From positions 8,490,587-8,554,586 of the forward strand of contig CM120648.1 in assembly GCA_051362555.1 (NCBI GenBank): a stretch of 64,000 bases of DNA, read 5' to 3'. A program made the translations under genes and the position numbers. Shown one piece after another: positions 25,261-38,455 of the stretch (positions within the stretch are counted from its first letter, which is position 1; the number at the start of each line of letters is the position of its first letter). The notes beneath the pieces are model-generated. The model saw only the letters and a program-made list of their open reading frames with translations, was not told the DNA's origin and searched no databases. Source of the stretch: Lingula anatina (Eukaryota > Animalia > Brachiopoda).

Positions 25261-27255
25261 TAGGTCGACGTTGAGGACTACGTTTCTTTGCAGAAATTTA
25301 GCTTCCATCCTTTGAAAAGAACTTTTGTAACATGTACTGAAAACATACCTAAATCCATACAGAATTTAAAAGCAAATTGATATCAAAACATCATATTTAT
25401 ATTATAATCAAAATATGGCATATTTTATTATGACTAGGAACTGGTGGACATAGCACGGTGCCTGCATGTACCGTACTTTATATTTAACAGTTCAGAAATA
25501 TTCGATTAAATTACATTGCATTACAAAAGGTCGATCAATAACGATCGATGATTACCGCCTAGGGTACATAACAGTTCCTTAGCAAAATGAAAAGTTTGCA
25601 GCAATAATGCTGCAATTAAGCTAAAAGTTTGCAAGAGTTAATTTGCAAGAAAAATTCGCTGCAGTAGGTCTGATATCTTGCTTATAGGGAGGGTAGGGAG
25701 GGTATATGTACATGCAGCATGCATGGTTTCATGAGAAAAGCCGTGTTTATAATCATGATGACGATAGAAGGCGTTTGTTAGAAAATATAATAACAATAAT
25801 AATAATAAATAGATTTATAATTAAATGACAAGATATATAGAAAAAAAAATAAGATGAAATTTTATTTGGAAATTTTATTTGAGGACAAAAATGCATATTA
25901 GTAGAGTTTTTAAGGAGTACAAAACCATAAAGCCACTTTACATAAAAGTGCAATTGATTGAATTCAAAACAGGATCAAAACATGACTATTCAGTACTTTG
26001 CTTCTAGATTATTTTTGGCTCATTATAAGTTTTTTTTTCTTTTAGTCGTATGCTATTAGGGAATGTGATAGATGCGACAATCTCAATGTGTCCATTCAGT
26101 CAGGTGCCCCTGGGCAGTGAAATGTTATTTTTCAACAAAGATAATATATACTATTGTTCCTGGCCCACAGATACATTTAAAAAGACACTGTAATCTGATA
26201 TACATTAAAGACACATTAAAAAATATCCCAAAGCCAAATTTTTATCCAGTTAAGCATGTTATCTTTTATTTCCCCAATTCAGACCTTACAGACCATAAAG
26301 ACCCTTAAATAAGTTTATCTGAAGCACACTTACTGTCACTATTTCCTGCAGAACCTTTGATTTTTGCAAGTTGTAAGCCATGGGATTGCACAATATTAAA
26401 TGATATATAAAACTGTCTATATTATACATGAAGCTAGATCGCAATACAAAACAGGGCATATTTGTGTTATGAAATGAAAATGAGACAAATTCTAATTCTA
26501 GGAAGAATACTACTGTGGACATCAGGAAAAATGGAATAAAATACCAAATCCAATTGCAGGGAGGGGGTGATGCTGGATTAGGAGCAAATTGCCCACCCCC
26601 TTTCCACAAAACAGAAAATTTGTGTCGGCAGAGAAATGTTTGATATATTTCCTTTAATCTATTCTTGATGAAGGAATTTCTTTTAATTCACTCTTTGAAG
26701 ATGTTAAAAGTAATGCTGTTAGCATGCATTCAACAGTAAGCATTCTAAATAAAGTGGGTTTATCAAGAGCTTCCATAAAAGATTTATTTTTCCCTAAAAA
26801 TAAACATGCAACAAGACAGTTTATTTAGATGATCAAGTTTGAACATAATTTATTAACTCAAAGAAAAAAAAATTCATGAAGCCGACATCTTTTCAATAAG
26901 AGCTGCAACATCTTTCTCTTGTCCTGATGACAAGTTAATGTATTGCAGTGATTACTACATTGATTTATCAAAAACTGATTGATAATACTAACCACTTTAC
27001 AGGGATGAGACTGCCAGTTAGTGGAAAAGTTGGAAAATATGGCATGGGATCCTGGGGACCACCTAGGGCAATGATATTTCTGTCTCCAAAAATTGGAAAA
27101 TCCATCAATAGTTAGAAAAATCTCATCCCTAATCTAAATTTATATATAAATAATAGCATTAACTAAAATTTAACAACAAGAAAAGAGATTTGATTTAAGT
27201 TCATGTCAATCGACTAGATAAATCTAAAAGAAAAAAAAATGTACAAAATCTGTAA

Positions 27256-30200
27256 TTATTTTATGCACTCAACGGCAGATATAATCCTAATGTCATTACT
27301 GACAACATGTGTGATAGACCCCCTGTCTCTCTGCATCGAATTCAACTCTGTCTTAATTCCCCCAAACATCACAAGTTCTCCCCTCCCTGCCACTAACGAA
27401 TAAAATATTGTCTCCTCTGGGGCATCCTCCATAAAGTTCTCTCTGATTGGTTGCCACGTGACACACCCCTCTGTGATGGCAGTGCTTACATCCAGCACAT
27501 GAAGTTGCATTGTATTTTTCTTGTCTCTTGGATAAAGGTAACTATTGCACTTCCTTGCCTTAAACTTTGAGGACTTTTTATGTTGTGCCTGAATAGCTTG
27601 AGCCCTAAGTCGATCCTCGTGCTTCCTCAGCATTTCTAACTGTTTCTGTCTGTTGCTCATCGCATTAGGGCGAACAGAAGGCATTCCTGCTCTAAGTGCA
27701 GATGGGGAAACATTACACGCACCTCCCTGTTCTCCAGATGGTGCTGCAACCTGTTGATCATTAAAACTGTCACTAGATGGTGCTGCAGACACATTATTAT
27801 AACTGTCACTGTCATCACTGGAGCTGTCACTAGTATCAATCAGTGCTCTTTTTGAGGGCACAGAATGTGCTGACAGACCAGGCTGAGAATTTAATATCTG
27901 ACCCTGTGGCCTTTGACCTCTGACCTGATCCTCCCTGGGTGGCACCCATACCCTAGATGGTGCTGGTCTGGGCTGAGGAGGAGGCTCGTGGGAGGAAAGG
28001 GCATGTGGGGCTCTGGCTTTGTGTGGCTTGCTTAACACCACCACCTTGTCTCCAACCTGAGGAAAGTAAAGCATTCAAAATATACTGTGAAAAAGAAAAG
28101 ACAAGAAAAAAAAAAAAAAAAACACTGCAAAGATTGAAAAAGCATTTGTGTACAGAGTCTATGCTTTTATATAAAAGCCCAAACACTACAGAGTTGGCTC
28201 TCCAAAACAAAATGGGGCATATTTGATAATTTGGCACTAAATAAAATAATACAATTGGTACAATTGTAAAAAATAAGTTATTTGGCATTCAATAAAACAG
28301 CTCACTTGACATGCTTTCAAGCAGCATGATTTAAAGTTGAGGCTTTCCCCAGAGAACCGTCCAGCCATCATTTGGAAGGCAAAAGCCTGCCTATATTTTC
28401 AAAGACAGCTGAATAACTTACAAAATTTTTGGAAAATGACAGGTTGTTTGGTTGGGCTTGTTTGGGTTGGACTCCCTGTAAATTTACCAAATCACGGATT
28501 CACATTCTGGATTCCCTGTACCCCAAATCTTGGGGAAATCTGTAGTAGAGAATGTGTACCCATAAACATTAAAGGGGGAAAAAAAGCTTACCTGACATGC
28601 TGGATGACACCACAACTGAGGGGAACTATTCTCTGGATTATGAATCTCCATTTCCTTCCACTCCCAAGGCTCATCATGCTTCACTGTAAGCAGCCAGATG
28701 TCACTGTATTGCTGAAATAAGACGGTAATCATTATTGGAAATAGAGCAAGGAAGTTTATCGACACAGAGTGTATTCATCAATGATTATCATGATAATGAT
28801 TTGATTATTATATGTATGGCCAAAGGCTTCACAACCATACATAACTCATAAACAAGTAGTAGCAAGTCATGATATCATAAAACACATGTGCACAAGCATG
28901 CTTAGCAGCACAAACATTCATGGCAGCACAGGGGTTGAAACGAAAATTTGGAGTCAGTGGTCCTATGGGTCTAGTGACTTTGCTGTGTCATCAGCCAAAT
29001 TTTAATGGTTCTCATACAGCTATATGCATTTTAGCATGTTAAATTGATGTTTGGCATGACAAAAATATATAATTATATTCATGAAACAGTGTGATCAGAC
29101 ACTGGTTTAAAGTGATGAAACTCACCATATTCGGTCCCCCACAACCTCCAACTATCAGAATATGGTGTGAATCCAGCACAATCTAAAATAAAAGACAATT
29201 CAAGTAATCTTAAAATGTGTACTTGAGAAAATTATCCTTCAGAAATATTCTATTCCTATCGTGGTCTATGCACAGAATCTTGCTGCGGATCACAGTTGCT
29301 TTGTTTGTTTGTTTTTTTCGCTCGGATAACATCAGTGATTGTAATTATGATAAAGCCTTGCACTGCTGATAAAGGATCTATATTCAAGCAGGCATGGTTT
29401 TAATGACTAGGTCTTTTTCAAATGGGGAAAATTCTGTACTTCACAGATCCTGTATTTATTTTTAGGTCATAAATTCTGAGAACCTTCATATTGAGTAATG
29501 GCAACCAAACTAAAAAGCAAGTTACCTTATAGTTGAGCAAAATTGTTCATTGGCTTGAAAATTGGATTATCATTGAACGTTTTACCTGAGATTGCCCATA
29601 TCTGGCCAAGGGCTTGGGACTGGTGGTAGCAACTTTGCTCCATGTCATGGTTTGTAAGTTCAACACTGCCAGGTCATTGCAGCTGAAAGAGAACATACCA
29701 GGTAATTTTAAAGCAAAAATATATCTTCAAACATGATTGGCTTTGCCATACCCAGCATAACCAAAAATCTGCTGGCTTTGAGGCCTGTACCTGTCAAGAA
29801 ACAAATAGGTTGGTTGGTGATCTTTGAGCAGTACATCTGAAGATTGTGACTGTCACAACTAACACAATTTAGGATTGTGACTATTACAAGTAACACAATC
29901 CAGAACTTAGATTGTGAGTGTCACAACTAACACAATACAGCATATCTCACCTACTACCCAGTCCATGAGATCCACCAAACACAACCATCATCCCATCGCC
30001 TATGATACTGGCTGAATGTCCAGCAGTGGGCAGTGGTGGGCAGTGCGTGTGGACCAACGTCCACCTATTGGACACAGGACTATAGATGTGCAGCTCGTTG
30101 AAGAGTCTGGCCGGACCTAGCTGATGTAATGGATAGGGGGTAGGGTGGCTCCATCCCCCAAATAGTATCAGGCTGTCTTTATATTTCACCATGGAAGCGT

Positions 30201-32308
30201 AGCCCTTTGGAGCTGGGTAAATACCTACAATAGATATAGAAAACATAATAAGACAGCTGATGATGCAAAGTCTTATATACTTACTGTCTTTTTAATTTGC
30301 ATTACAGTCCCAGATAAAAAGATATCTGTTCAACTGATTGTGGTTTAAAGGTATGCTATCAGTGTTTGGAATGTCTCAAAGTTATATTTCAGACAGTTAT
30401 GCAAAGCCACTCATTTTTCAAAATAAAGATTTTCAAAAACGAGAAACCCCTCAAATAAAATCACCTGACAGCAATATTTCCTTATGAAATGTAAAGGAAG
30501 ACAGGGCAGTCTAAGTAACTTTCCAATTAAATCCATAAGAACTTAATTTTTTAATGAGTAATGGCATTACAAAAAGTCAAATCCTCAAGTCAGTGTAAGA
30601 GGAGTTACTGATACTATATAGTGAAGGGTATAACTTTTCATATGCCTAGTTGTACATGGAATAGGAACCTAGGAAAGCCAGGAAAGATACTACAAGAGGG
30701 CATAGTGCATATACAACATGTGGGTTGGTTTAAAGCACTGTTCAGAGTAAAACCCCACGAGCAAATGGTTATTGCTTAGGGCTTTATCTTCACCCTCAAC
30801 TTACCCATGGCTAGTGGCCTTATCCATTGTCTTGTCCCAAGGTCATACCTCCAAATATCATTGAAGGTAGTATTCGTTGATGTACAGCCACCAAACACAT
30901 ACATCGACTTGTCAAAGTAGCACACACTGTGAGAGTATCTCTCCACTATGGTGGGGCCATCCTCTGGAGGAATAAAGGTCCAGGTGATATTGGACTCTGT
31001 TAGGGCACGGTAAAGGGCTTGTTGTTTATGGACCATAAGACCTGAAATTCAGGTGAAAAAATAGATTAACAATAAATTTGAAAGTATAGCTGTGAATAAA
31101 AGAAAAAGTGTCCTCAGCTAAGCAGGTCAAAGAGGACAGTGTGTTTTACAGTATTAATAATATACTATGAACATTCTTTGTGACACCGGTCTCTTAGTCT
31201 TACCTTGATTAATTAATAAAAAAAGAAATAAAATGAAAAAAATAAAACGGTCTAGATGGGTATATCACAATCCGCTAGGGGCGCTACAGTAGTGACTATC
31301 CAGGGGTAGTGAAGTGTAAAACTGATATCAGCCTGCTGACAGCTCACCTATGGCAACCCTTTCTTAAATCTCTCTTTTAGCGCCGTGTAAATAAACAAAT
31401 ACAAGCCATTTACTAGATAAGCTGTAAATCAAAGAGTAAATTCCGGTCATGTGATTTTCCGTGTTGCAGTCTTAGAGAACTTTGATTTGAGGACGTTTTT
31501 AAGTTTTGCCTCGACAAAATGTTTAAAATTTCAGATATGTACTGCATGGGAGTTTTTGTAATTTATGCCGTGTAAAGTTCATGAAATTTGCAATATTATG
31601 CCGAAAAATCGTGAAAATTGAACCATGCTAAGTATAGTTTATTTGATGAGCAATATTTATAGTACATGATATGCACGGAAGCCATCCCAGCCATGTGCTT
31701 GTGCGGTCCCCAATTGGGGTTTGTTTCCAGGTCATTAGATTAACATACAGCCCTAATTGCCCTAATTTGGTCACAAGCAATTTGAGCTGCAGCTACAGCT
31801 GAGTGATCACCGCTGGTCAGTAGTTACAGATTCTTAGCTGAAGAGTGTGGACACTTTTGGTGAATTTTTGCAGTTAAAAAACTTCAATATCTTTGTTGCT
31901 TGTAGGAATATTTCAAAAATTCCAAAAGAATTCATCTGTTTTTTGTATCACCTTTCAGAAGATATAAGTATAGTAATTTTCTGATCAGTTTGAAAAATTT
32001 TCTGATATACCTAGTCTAGGAAAATTACACTGTAATTTCCTTTCACTACAGATACTAATAAAAAATAAAAAAGCTACTTTTCATTTAAGAAATAAATAAA
32101 TAACTTGTTTCATCTTTACAAAAGAGCATAAAATGTTAGAAAATAACCCGTGTTTCTTACCTTTCACCACTCGGTTCCAAGCTTTGCACACCTGTAACGC
32201 CGATTTAAAGTCTTTGTAAGGCGACAAGTACCACAAAATATGCTCCAATATTTCTTCTGGTAAGTCATCGATAGCGGTACAAAATACTGTATTCTTTGAT
32301 CCATCCAT
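27256..32308 (-). CDS. FBXO42: F-box only protein 42 (F-box + Kelch), 7 exons, about 577 aa
   Basis: Exons 32308-32161, 31041-30805, 30224-29951, 29682-29586, 29182-29126, 28711-28592 and 28056-27256, phase-consistent (1734 nt). F-box [19 protein letters not shown], and Kelch motifs [45 protein letters not shown] and [10 protein letters not shown]. Confidence 0.95.
31250..32019. mobile_element. Probable non-autonomous DNA transposon in FBXO42 intron 1
   Basis: GTCTAG-ATGGGTATATCA ... TGATATACCTA-GTCTAG, i.e. a short imperfect TIR flanked by the same hexamer. Confidence 0.5.
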
Positions 32309-32600
32309 TATTTCAATAAGGACTTAAATACCGAATCAATTTAATCAAAGTTTACACATCAATTTTGTATTCGACTGGAGGCAGCCATTTTTTGTGCCGT
32401 AGTAGAACGCTAAAGGTGATTGGCCAGAATTCCTAAGTTGGCCTATTAAAGAGCATGTTCCCATTTCTGCGTGCTTCTTGTAGAAAACTTCCGGTTCTGG
32501 GTCAAGTGACAGCTCAATCCACAGGGCTTTTTCCGAACAAGAGCAAGACATATTTAGTAGGTGGCACTTTACCTTTTTGTTGAAACAGGTAGTGGAGAAG
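32309..32600. promoter_or_regulatory. Bidirectional promoter FBXO42/CCDC115
   Basis: Start codons diverge 451 bp apart. YY1-like GCAGCCATTTT (32381), reverse CCAAT (32418) and ETS/GABP ACTTCCGG (32487). Candidate CCDC115 5'UTR intron 32589-32742. Confidence 0.7.
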
Positions 32601-32759
32601 TAAATTGCCTTTTCATGGGACAATACCACACATACATATTTGTTTTTATTATTTGATCCATTTGGATCACAAAAATTAAATGAAAGCTGCGCCAATACAT
32701 GTACATTGACATTATAATTTATATTGTAACTTCCTGTTGCAGATTGTGGGACCACCAGC

Positions 32760-33491
32760 ATGGAAGACAGTGATCAGCTGGACAAGGTATGCAGACAACT
32801 GGATCAGCTTGTCTTGGACTTCTTTAACACTCTGGACTCTTTGTATTCTGAACAAGCTAATCTTGACCTACAAATGAAAGATGGCTACCTCCAGATGTCC
32901 AAGGCTCGCTACACCATGGGAAACAAAGCAGTGTCTTCTCTACAGTATGACACCAGAAACATGCAAGCTGTGGTCAAAGTTGATGCAGTGGCGCCCTCTG
33001 TCGATGGTGGTGGAAACGATTACGTGTTTTCTTTAGTGAAATGTGGCGAAAAAGGAGAGGGTGTTGCTCCATCTGGTGGGGAAGGAGATGCAACATCAAA
33101 AGGCTTGAGGCACAGAAATGTGAAATCGGAAAATGTGAAAGATAGTGGTTCGTCAGATCAGCATGATAGGAGTAAGAAAGAGGAAGATGAGACGTGTGAA
33201 TTGGAAAATAAAGAAAGCACGGAAAATGAAAAATGTGCAAATGATAATAAGAAAAAAAGTGAGGACAAAGTCTCATCCAAGAAGGAGAACAATTCAGCTG
33301 TTCGATGTTACGATCCTCTGAAATGGTTTGGGGTGCTTGTACCACAGAGTCTTAGACAGAGCCAAACTGATTTTAAAAAAGCCATTGAAACTGCATGCAA
33401 AATTGCAGAGCTTCGCACAAACTTGGAAAAAACTCGTATGAAATACGGATCTCTACTACTACAGAAAAAAGAATTACAAGCAGAACAGTAA
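32760..33491 (+). CDS. CCDC115: Coiled-coil domain-containing protein 115 (Vma22 family V-ATPase assembly factor)
   Basis: Family signatures MKDGYLQMSKARYTMG and DPLKWFGVLVPQSLRQSQTDF. Single coding exon. Confidence 0.95.
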   Translation: MEDSDQLDKVCRQLDQLVLDFFNTLDSLYSEQANLDLQMKDGYLQMSKARYTMGNKAVSSLQYDTRNMQAVVKVDAVAPSVDGGGNDYVFSLVKCGEKGEGVAPSGGEGDATSKGLRHRNVKSENVKDSGSSDQHDRSKKEEDETCELENKESTENEKCANDNKKKSEDKVSSKKENNSAVRCYDPLKWFGVLVPQSLRQSQTDFKKAIETACKIAELRTNLEKTRMKYGSLLLQKKELQAEQ

Positions 33492-35092
33492 TCCTCCAAC
33501 AACTGGGATAAGAAATTGATTTAAAATTGCATTAAACTCAATAGTATGTGTACACTACCTTTTTCTTTTTTTGATTTTATCTTTCACATTTATTAAATAT
33601 ATGTAATCACAGGATATTATGCGGAATATGATAGCACAGCTGGGTAATTGACTTTAACTTGCTCCTGAATTTTATCCTTGGGATTAAAGTGGAAGTGTGA
33701 CTGTGTCAAAGAAATAATACTTTAAGAAATCACTTGTATAAGGTTTTTATTTTTCGTTGGTGTAAATCTCCTCTTGAGGACATGATCAAATTGGTTGGTA
33801 ACATGATCATATGAGTACAAATAAGAGTTAACTTCACTTAAATATTAATAAAAACCTGTGTAATGGAAAAAAAAATTTGAAGGGGAAGTCGTATGCACAT
33901 ATTGTGCAAAAAGTTTAACAATAGCTGGGTGTTTGACAATATTTACATTAAATTGAGTATTAAACAGCAAAACTAACAACAGATATGCCTCACAAATTTA
34001 TGCAATAATTCATTTTACTTGTGCACTACAAAAAAAAAAAAAATCATATCTAATATTATGGCACCATATACGGTTAAATTCATTCCCATTCAGAAGTAGC
34101 AAGCATGAACATTTGTGCTTTGGATGAAGAGAGTAATGTTACATGACATTGTACATCAAATAGGAATGTAAAAATATATGTATAATATGTTAACTGTCAA
34201 TGACAATAATGCTGTAAAAATTACAGAATAATCCTTTCTCTGAAAACCAATTGAACTTTAAAATACATGATAAAATGTTTTGTAGCAAAATTTATAATCA
34301 CAATCAACAAAACTAAGAGATTTTTGTTAATCATTAAAGTTTAAGTTAGAATTGAACTAAATACAAACAGATATGGAAAAAAATTAAAAGCAGAAAAAGT
34401 TCAAATTTAAATAACGACATAAAATTTATAATAAGCAAAAATAAGAAAAAAATGTTTTGTTTTTTAAAGATCAGTTTTGTGATTGTTTTTCTGTTAAACA
34501 GTGACCTTTTTTCAGAATAACACCGATATCAGTGCTATGGAAGATTGCTATGCATATTCCAACAAAAGATCACAAAATGATGAAAAGAATCTATTTCTCT
34601 CTCATGCACACACGAACAAACACAAACCTAGTCTACAGTGCCTGGATAGGAAACAAGGTTGTGGTATTTTATTTGCTGTACTTATTATGACAGAAAAAAT
34701 AAATTTTGAAAAATACCCAAAATATGCCATCACAAACCTAAGACAGATGGGATAAGGTTATTTATAAACAAAATTCAATCACACGCTCTAGTCCTCTTTA
34801 TTGCTCTCCACCTTGTTTTGCACTAAAATTTTCTTAATGTTTTCCACAAATAAGTATCGTGACATCTATAAGATTCTTTAGAATCTTACACAGTGTATAT
34901 GATCACAGTGTTCCCAATATTAAATCTCAAGAATTACAAATCCCTTGCCTAACAATAATTACGTAAATATATCTGGTCAATCTTCATCTAATACATCCTG
35001 TTCTGGTAAAAAACCTAATTACTGGGGGGGAAAAAATAATAAAACATGAGCCCATTTCAATTTTAAAAAAATGTTGCTTTCACCCCATTAAA

Positions 35093-37675
35093 TCACAGAT
35101 TTCCCTTTAAATAATCACGGAACTCCCCGACAAACAAAGACCCTTCCATCCACAATGCCTTTGCATACACCCTCACGGTGTAGAAAGCTGTAACAAAGTC
35201 TGTGGTTCCAAACACAGTGTCCGCCAGGGCAAAGGGAAGTGTGGATGGTATAAATCCTCGGCCATACTCTACCATCCATGTGTCAGCTTTGAAGTTAAGA
35301 GATGTGACCTCTCCCATTCCATGATAAATGGTGTCCCCTGAAATGTATTTGGCGAGAAGGAGATTGATATTGCAGTGATGAATAAGTAAAGAAGCAAAGA
35401 AATAAGAGTGCATAAAAAATCTGAATGAAAATTATTTAAAAAAAGAAACGAGTGATTGAGTGAATGTGCATTTACAGGGTGGGTGAGTTGATATATATAC
35501 CAGTGAATGAATTAATGAAAAAACAAAGAAACAAACAAATATATTATGAATGAAGGTCTATCACATCTTACAACTATTTGAGGTAGAGACTATTAACGCG
35601 GGTAACACATCACCATACACGTCAACAAGTCTAAATGGTGGCTTGAAATGTAGCTTATGAATCTCATCATCAATAACTTAAAGATGGCATACAAAAGTGT
35701 GCTGTTAAGCTCTTGTTATTAATGTGATGGTATATCAGGGGCAGATCCAGAGATTTTTTCTGACAGTCTTCCAAATTATCCTTGTTGATCCAGCCTCCAT
35801 TTTTGACCGTCTTCCGACAAAAAAATTAGATACCCATCAATGAAAAATTGAAAATCTGACCGTCTTCCGGAAGACCCAGAAGACGGCCTGAATCCGCCCC
35901 TGTATATAGCAACGTAACGGTAGTGTATGGCTCTCATTATCAATAAAAAAGTGAACAGAAACATAGCAGATGGGCCTCTGAATTAATTCTGTATATATTG
36001 GAGTCAAGAACTACTGTGTTTTATCACCAGGTCCTATGTATTACCAGGCCCATAAAGTATTAAATCTGTATTGAAGTCAAGAAAAACTGCATTTTATAAA
36101 CTCCTTACCAGGTCCATAAACAGTGCTTTTCATTTCCCCTTCCTTCCACTGCAAGTATTGTCCAGTGATCAATGTATCTGAGATATTGGCCCAGTACCTG
36201 CCTGTTTAAATAAGGGACATATATTTAGACAGCTGGCTACTAGATGAAATTTGTAATAATTGGGAGGAAAACTACAAAATCAGAATGCAAACAGATATTC
36301 TTCTTTAGAATAAGGCTGCTGTATATTTCTGCTGTGAATACTTGCACAATCAGAAATATTGAGTTGTGTCATGGTATCTTTGTCACCTCATAAATTTCCT
36401 TGGGACTCTTACTCTCCACTCTTAAGAATGTAACAAATGAAAAGATAGGATATAAAAATATGACTCCTCATCTATGTATACACCAAAGCCCAAGGTATAA
36501 AGTCTATGGAAACTCACCATACATGGCTAAAGAATTTAATACTTAAATAAAAATAAAGAATAGAGGCACAATCAGCCCTATGATATCCAGTGTCTGGGGT
36601 AGCGCTAGCAATTTTTGTCGCTTAACCAAATCACCACTTTTTTGTCAATTTGTTATCAAAATGGTTATAATTTGACTAAAACAACTCAAATCAAGCCCTT
36701 TTTCTTTAGCCAATTTAAGTAAGTTTTAGCATTTGGCTAAATTGGCCAGTGTTAGCGCTACCCCAGAGTGTAAAAAACTTTACGTCTGTGATACCTGAGT
36801 GCCCTGCTGTATCGATGGCTGTACCAAAGAAGAGAACATACTCTGTGAGGGAGGCATGAACCACCATCATACTCCCCATCCAGCCTCCTGCATTGACAAA
36901 GATCCATTGATGATCTCTACTGGGAAGTATGTGCCCTGGGTACAGATCCTCTAGTTCTTTGAGGATATCTCTGAATGCTGCCTCAGCCTCATAGCCTGAA
37001 AAATTAAGTGTGTTAGGTGAGATAGTGAGCTGTTTGTTATTGTGCTTGGCGTGATAGTGGGCCAAGTGACAATCTGTTAGGTTAGATAGCTGTGACAGTC
37101 TTAGAAAATGTCAACAGACAAATGTTAGTCTTTGTAACTGTTTTTTTTAAACAACTATTACTGTTATTACTAATTTTTACCATATTATTTAGATTATTAG
37201 ATTATGTACTTGGTGTGATTGCACTAGGCGTGTTAAAGCACTGGAGAGAAAAGGTCTTGTGCAGAGGCATTCATTTTCTTTGAATGAAGGATTAATTTGT
37301 TATTCAGTGGCATCATGTTCTGTAGGATTTTTTTAGGAAGCAGCTCTCTATTCACAGCCTGTCAGTGATATTGCATTAGACTAGGATAAGGCAAAATATT
37401 TCATTAATTTACGCATCTGTGCTGAATGACACAAGCAAACGATTCACTGATCGTCTATGCATGGTCATAGGGCTCGTACACAATGAAAACAAACGATGTT
37501 AAACAATGACACAACGGTAAATACCTGCATATTTCTCTGATATCTTGGCTATCTTCCCTGCATCAAACACATAATCTTTGTTGGATAGCCAAAAGTGTAT
37601 ACCATAAACAAGTACACCTAGAAGTAAGCTAATTTTAACTAAAGAAATGATACATCTTAGCATGCAGACCACCAT
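35093..37675 (-). CDS. SIGMAR1: Sigma non-opioid intracellular receptor 1 (ERG2/Sigma1R family), 4 exons, about 229 aa
   Basis: Exons 37675-37525, 36995-36795, 36201-36109 and 35337-35093 (690 nt). N-terminal [43 protein letters not shown] and [20 protein letters not shown]. Confidence 0.97.
35736..35902. mobile_element. MITE with CAGG...CCTG ends and 5-bp TSD in SIGMAR1 intron 3
   Basis: TATAT|CAGGGGCAGATCCAG ... CTGAATCCGCCCCTG|TATAT. Confidence 0.85.
36594..36766. mobile_element. MITE in SIGMAR1 intron 2
   Basis: Perfect 14-bp TIR CTGGGGTAGCGCTA / TAGCGCTACCCCAG, flanked by AGTGT on both sides. Confidence 0.8.
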
Positions 37676-37689
37676 TTTGAACCAAACAA

Positions 37690-37876
37690 ACTTTGCCGCT
37701 TTTCATTGGTCGAGTCTTGTAAGCATGACCATGATTGGCTTATTTTTTAAATAGTTTTCCAATCTCCTTAAAAGAAGATTATTCAGTTTATCAGGCAATG
37801 AGGTTGTAGTATTTTCAAGACTGCGGAGTTCTATTTAAACAATTTAATAATTACTTCCGTTTTAGGACAGGTGAGT
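37690..37876. promoter_or_regulatory. Probable bidirectional promoter plus short + strand non-coding first exon
   Basis: CCAAT motifs at about 37705, 37734 and 37759, ETS-like ACTTCCG at about 37854, and a consensus + strand donor CAG|GTGAGT at 37870/37871. Confidence 0.55.
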
Positions 37877-38143
37877 TGTTTGTGGTTACCTAAGCAAGCT
37901 AAAGCTTTTCCCGTGTTACTTATTTTTTAAAATGCAAATTGAAGTGAAAGCAAAGAGTTTTGTGTGACCAAACTTACAGTTCTTTTGGAGTTGTGCTTAA
38001 TATGTCTAACTAGTCGATTGCTTGTTCAAAAATTAGTTAAAAATTTAAAAAAATAAACACGCCTTGCGGCATGCTATCGACGAATTCTTAATTAAAGCCG
38101 AGCTTGCCTAAGGGTGCACAAAACAGCAAAAACTTGGAATTAG

Positions 38144-38192
<49 letters not shown>
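38144..38192. repeat. (AAT)n microsatellite
   Basis: Direct reading of the sequence. Confidence 0.95.
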
Positions 38193-38194
<2 letters not shown>

Positions 38195-38455
38195 CGCCCC
38201 CCCCCCCCAAATTAAAGAAAAAAAGTCCTCGATCATTACAGTACAAACATGAGACATACAGTAGCTCTCCTGAGTCCTACCCGAAATGAAGAGACCGAGG
38301 ATGAGAAATTGAAGAAAAAAAATGCTGAGCTCATTACACAAAGTTGATATCAAACAACTATCATTTGATATTTAATTTTTAGTTGTATCATGAGTGACTC
38401 TTTCTAAAAGTGATCTCGAAAACTTAAACATTTAATCTTTATTTTCTTATGATCA

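Noticed and set aside
30344-30484. Possible TTAA-type MITE in FBXO42 intron 2
   Set aside because: The right-hand TIR and TSD are too degenerate to support a call.
32345-32761. 138-aa minus-strand ORF between FBXO42 and CCDC115
   Set aside because: It spans promoter and UTR-intron sequence, has a non-ATG start and shows no domain-like features.
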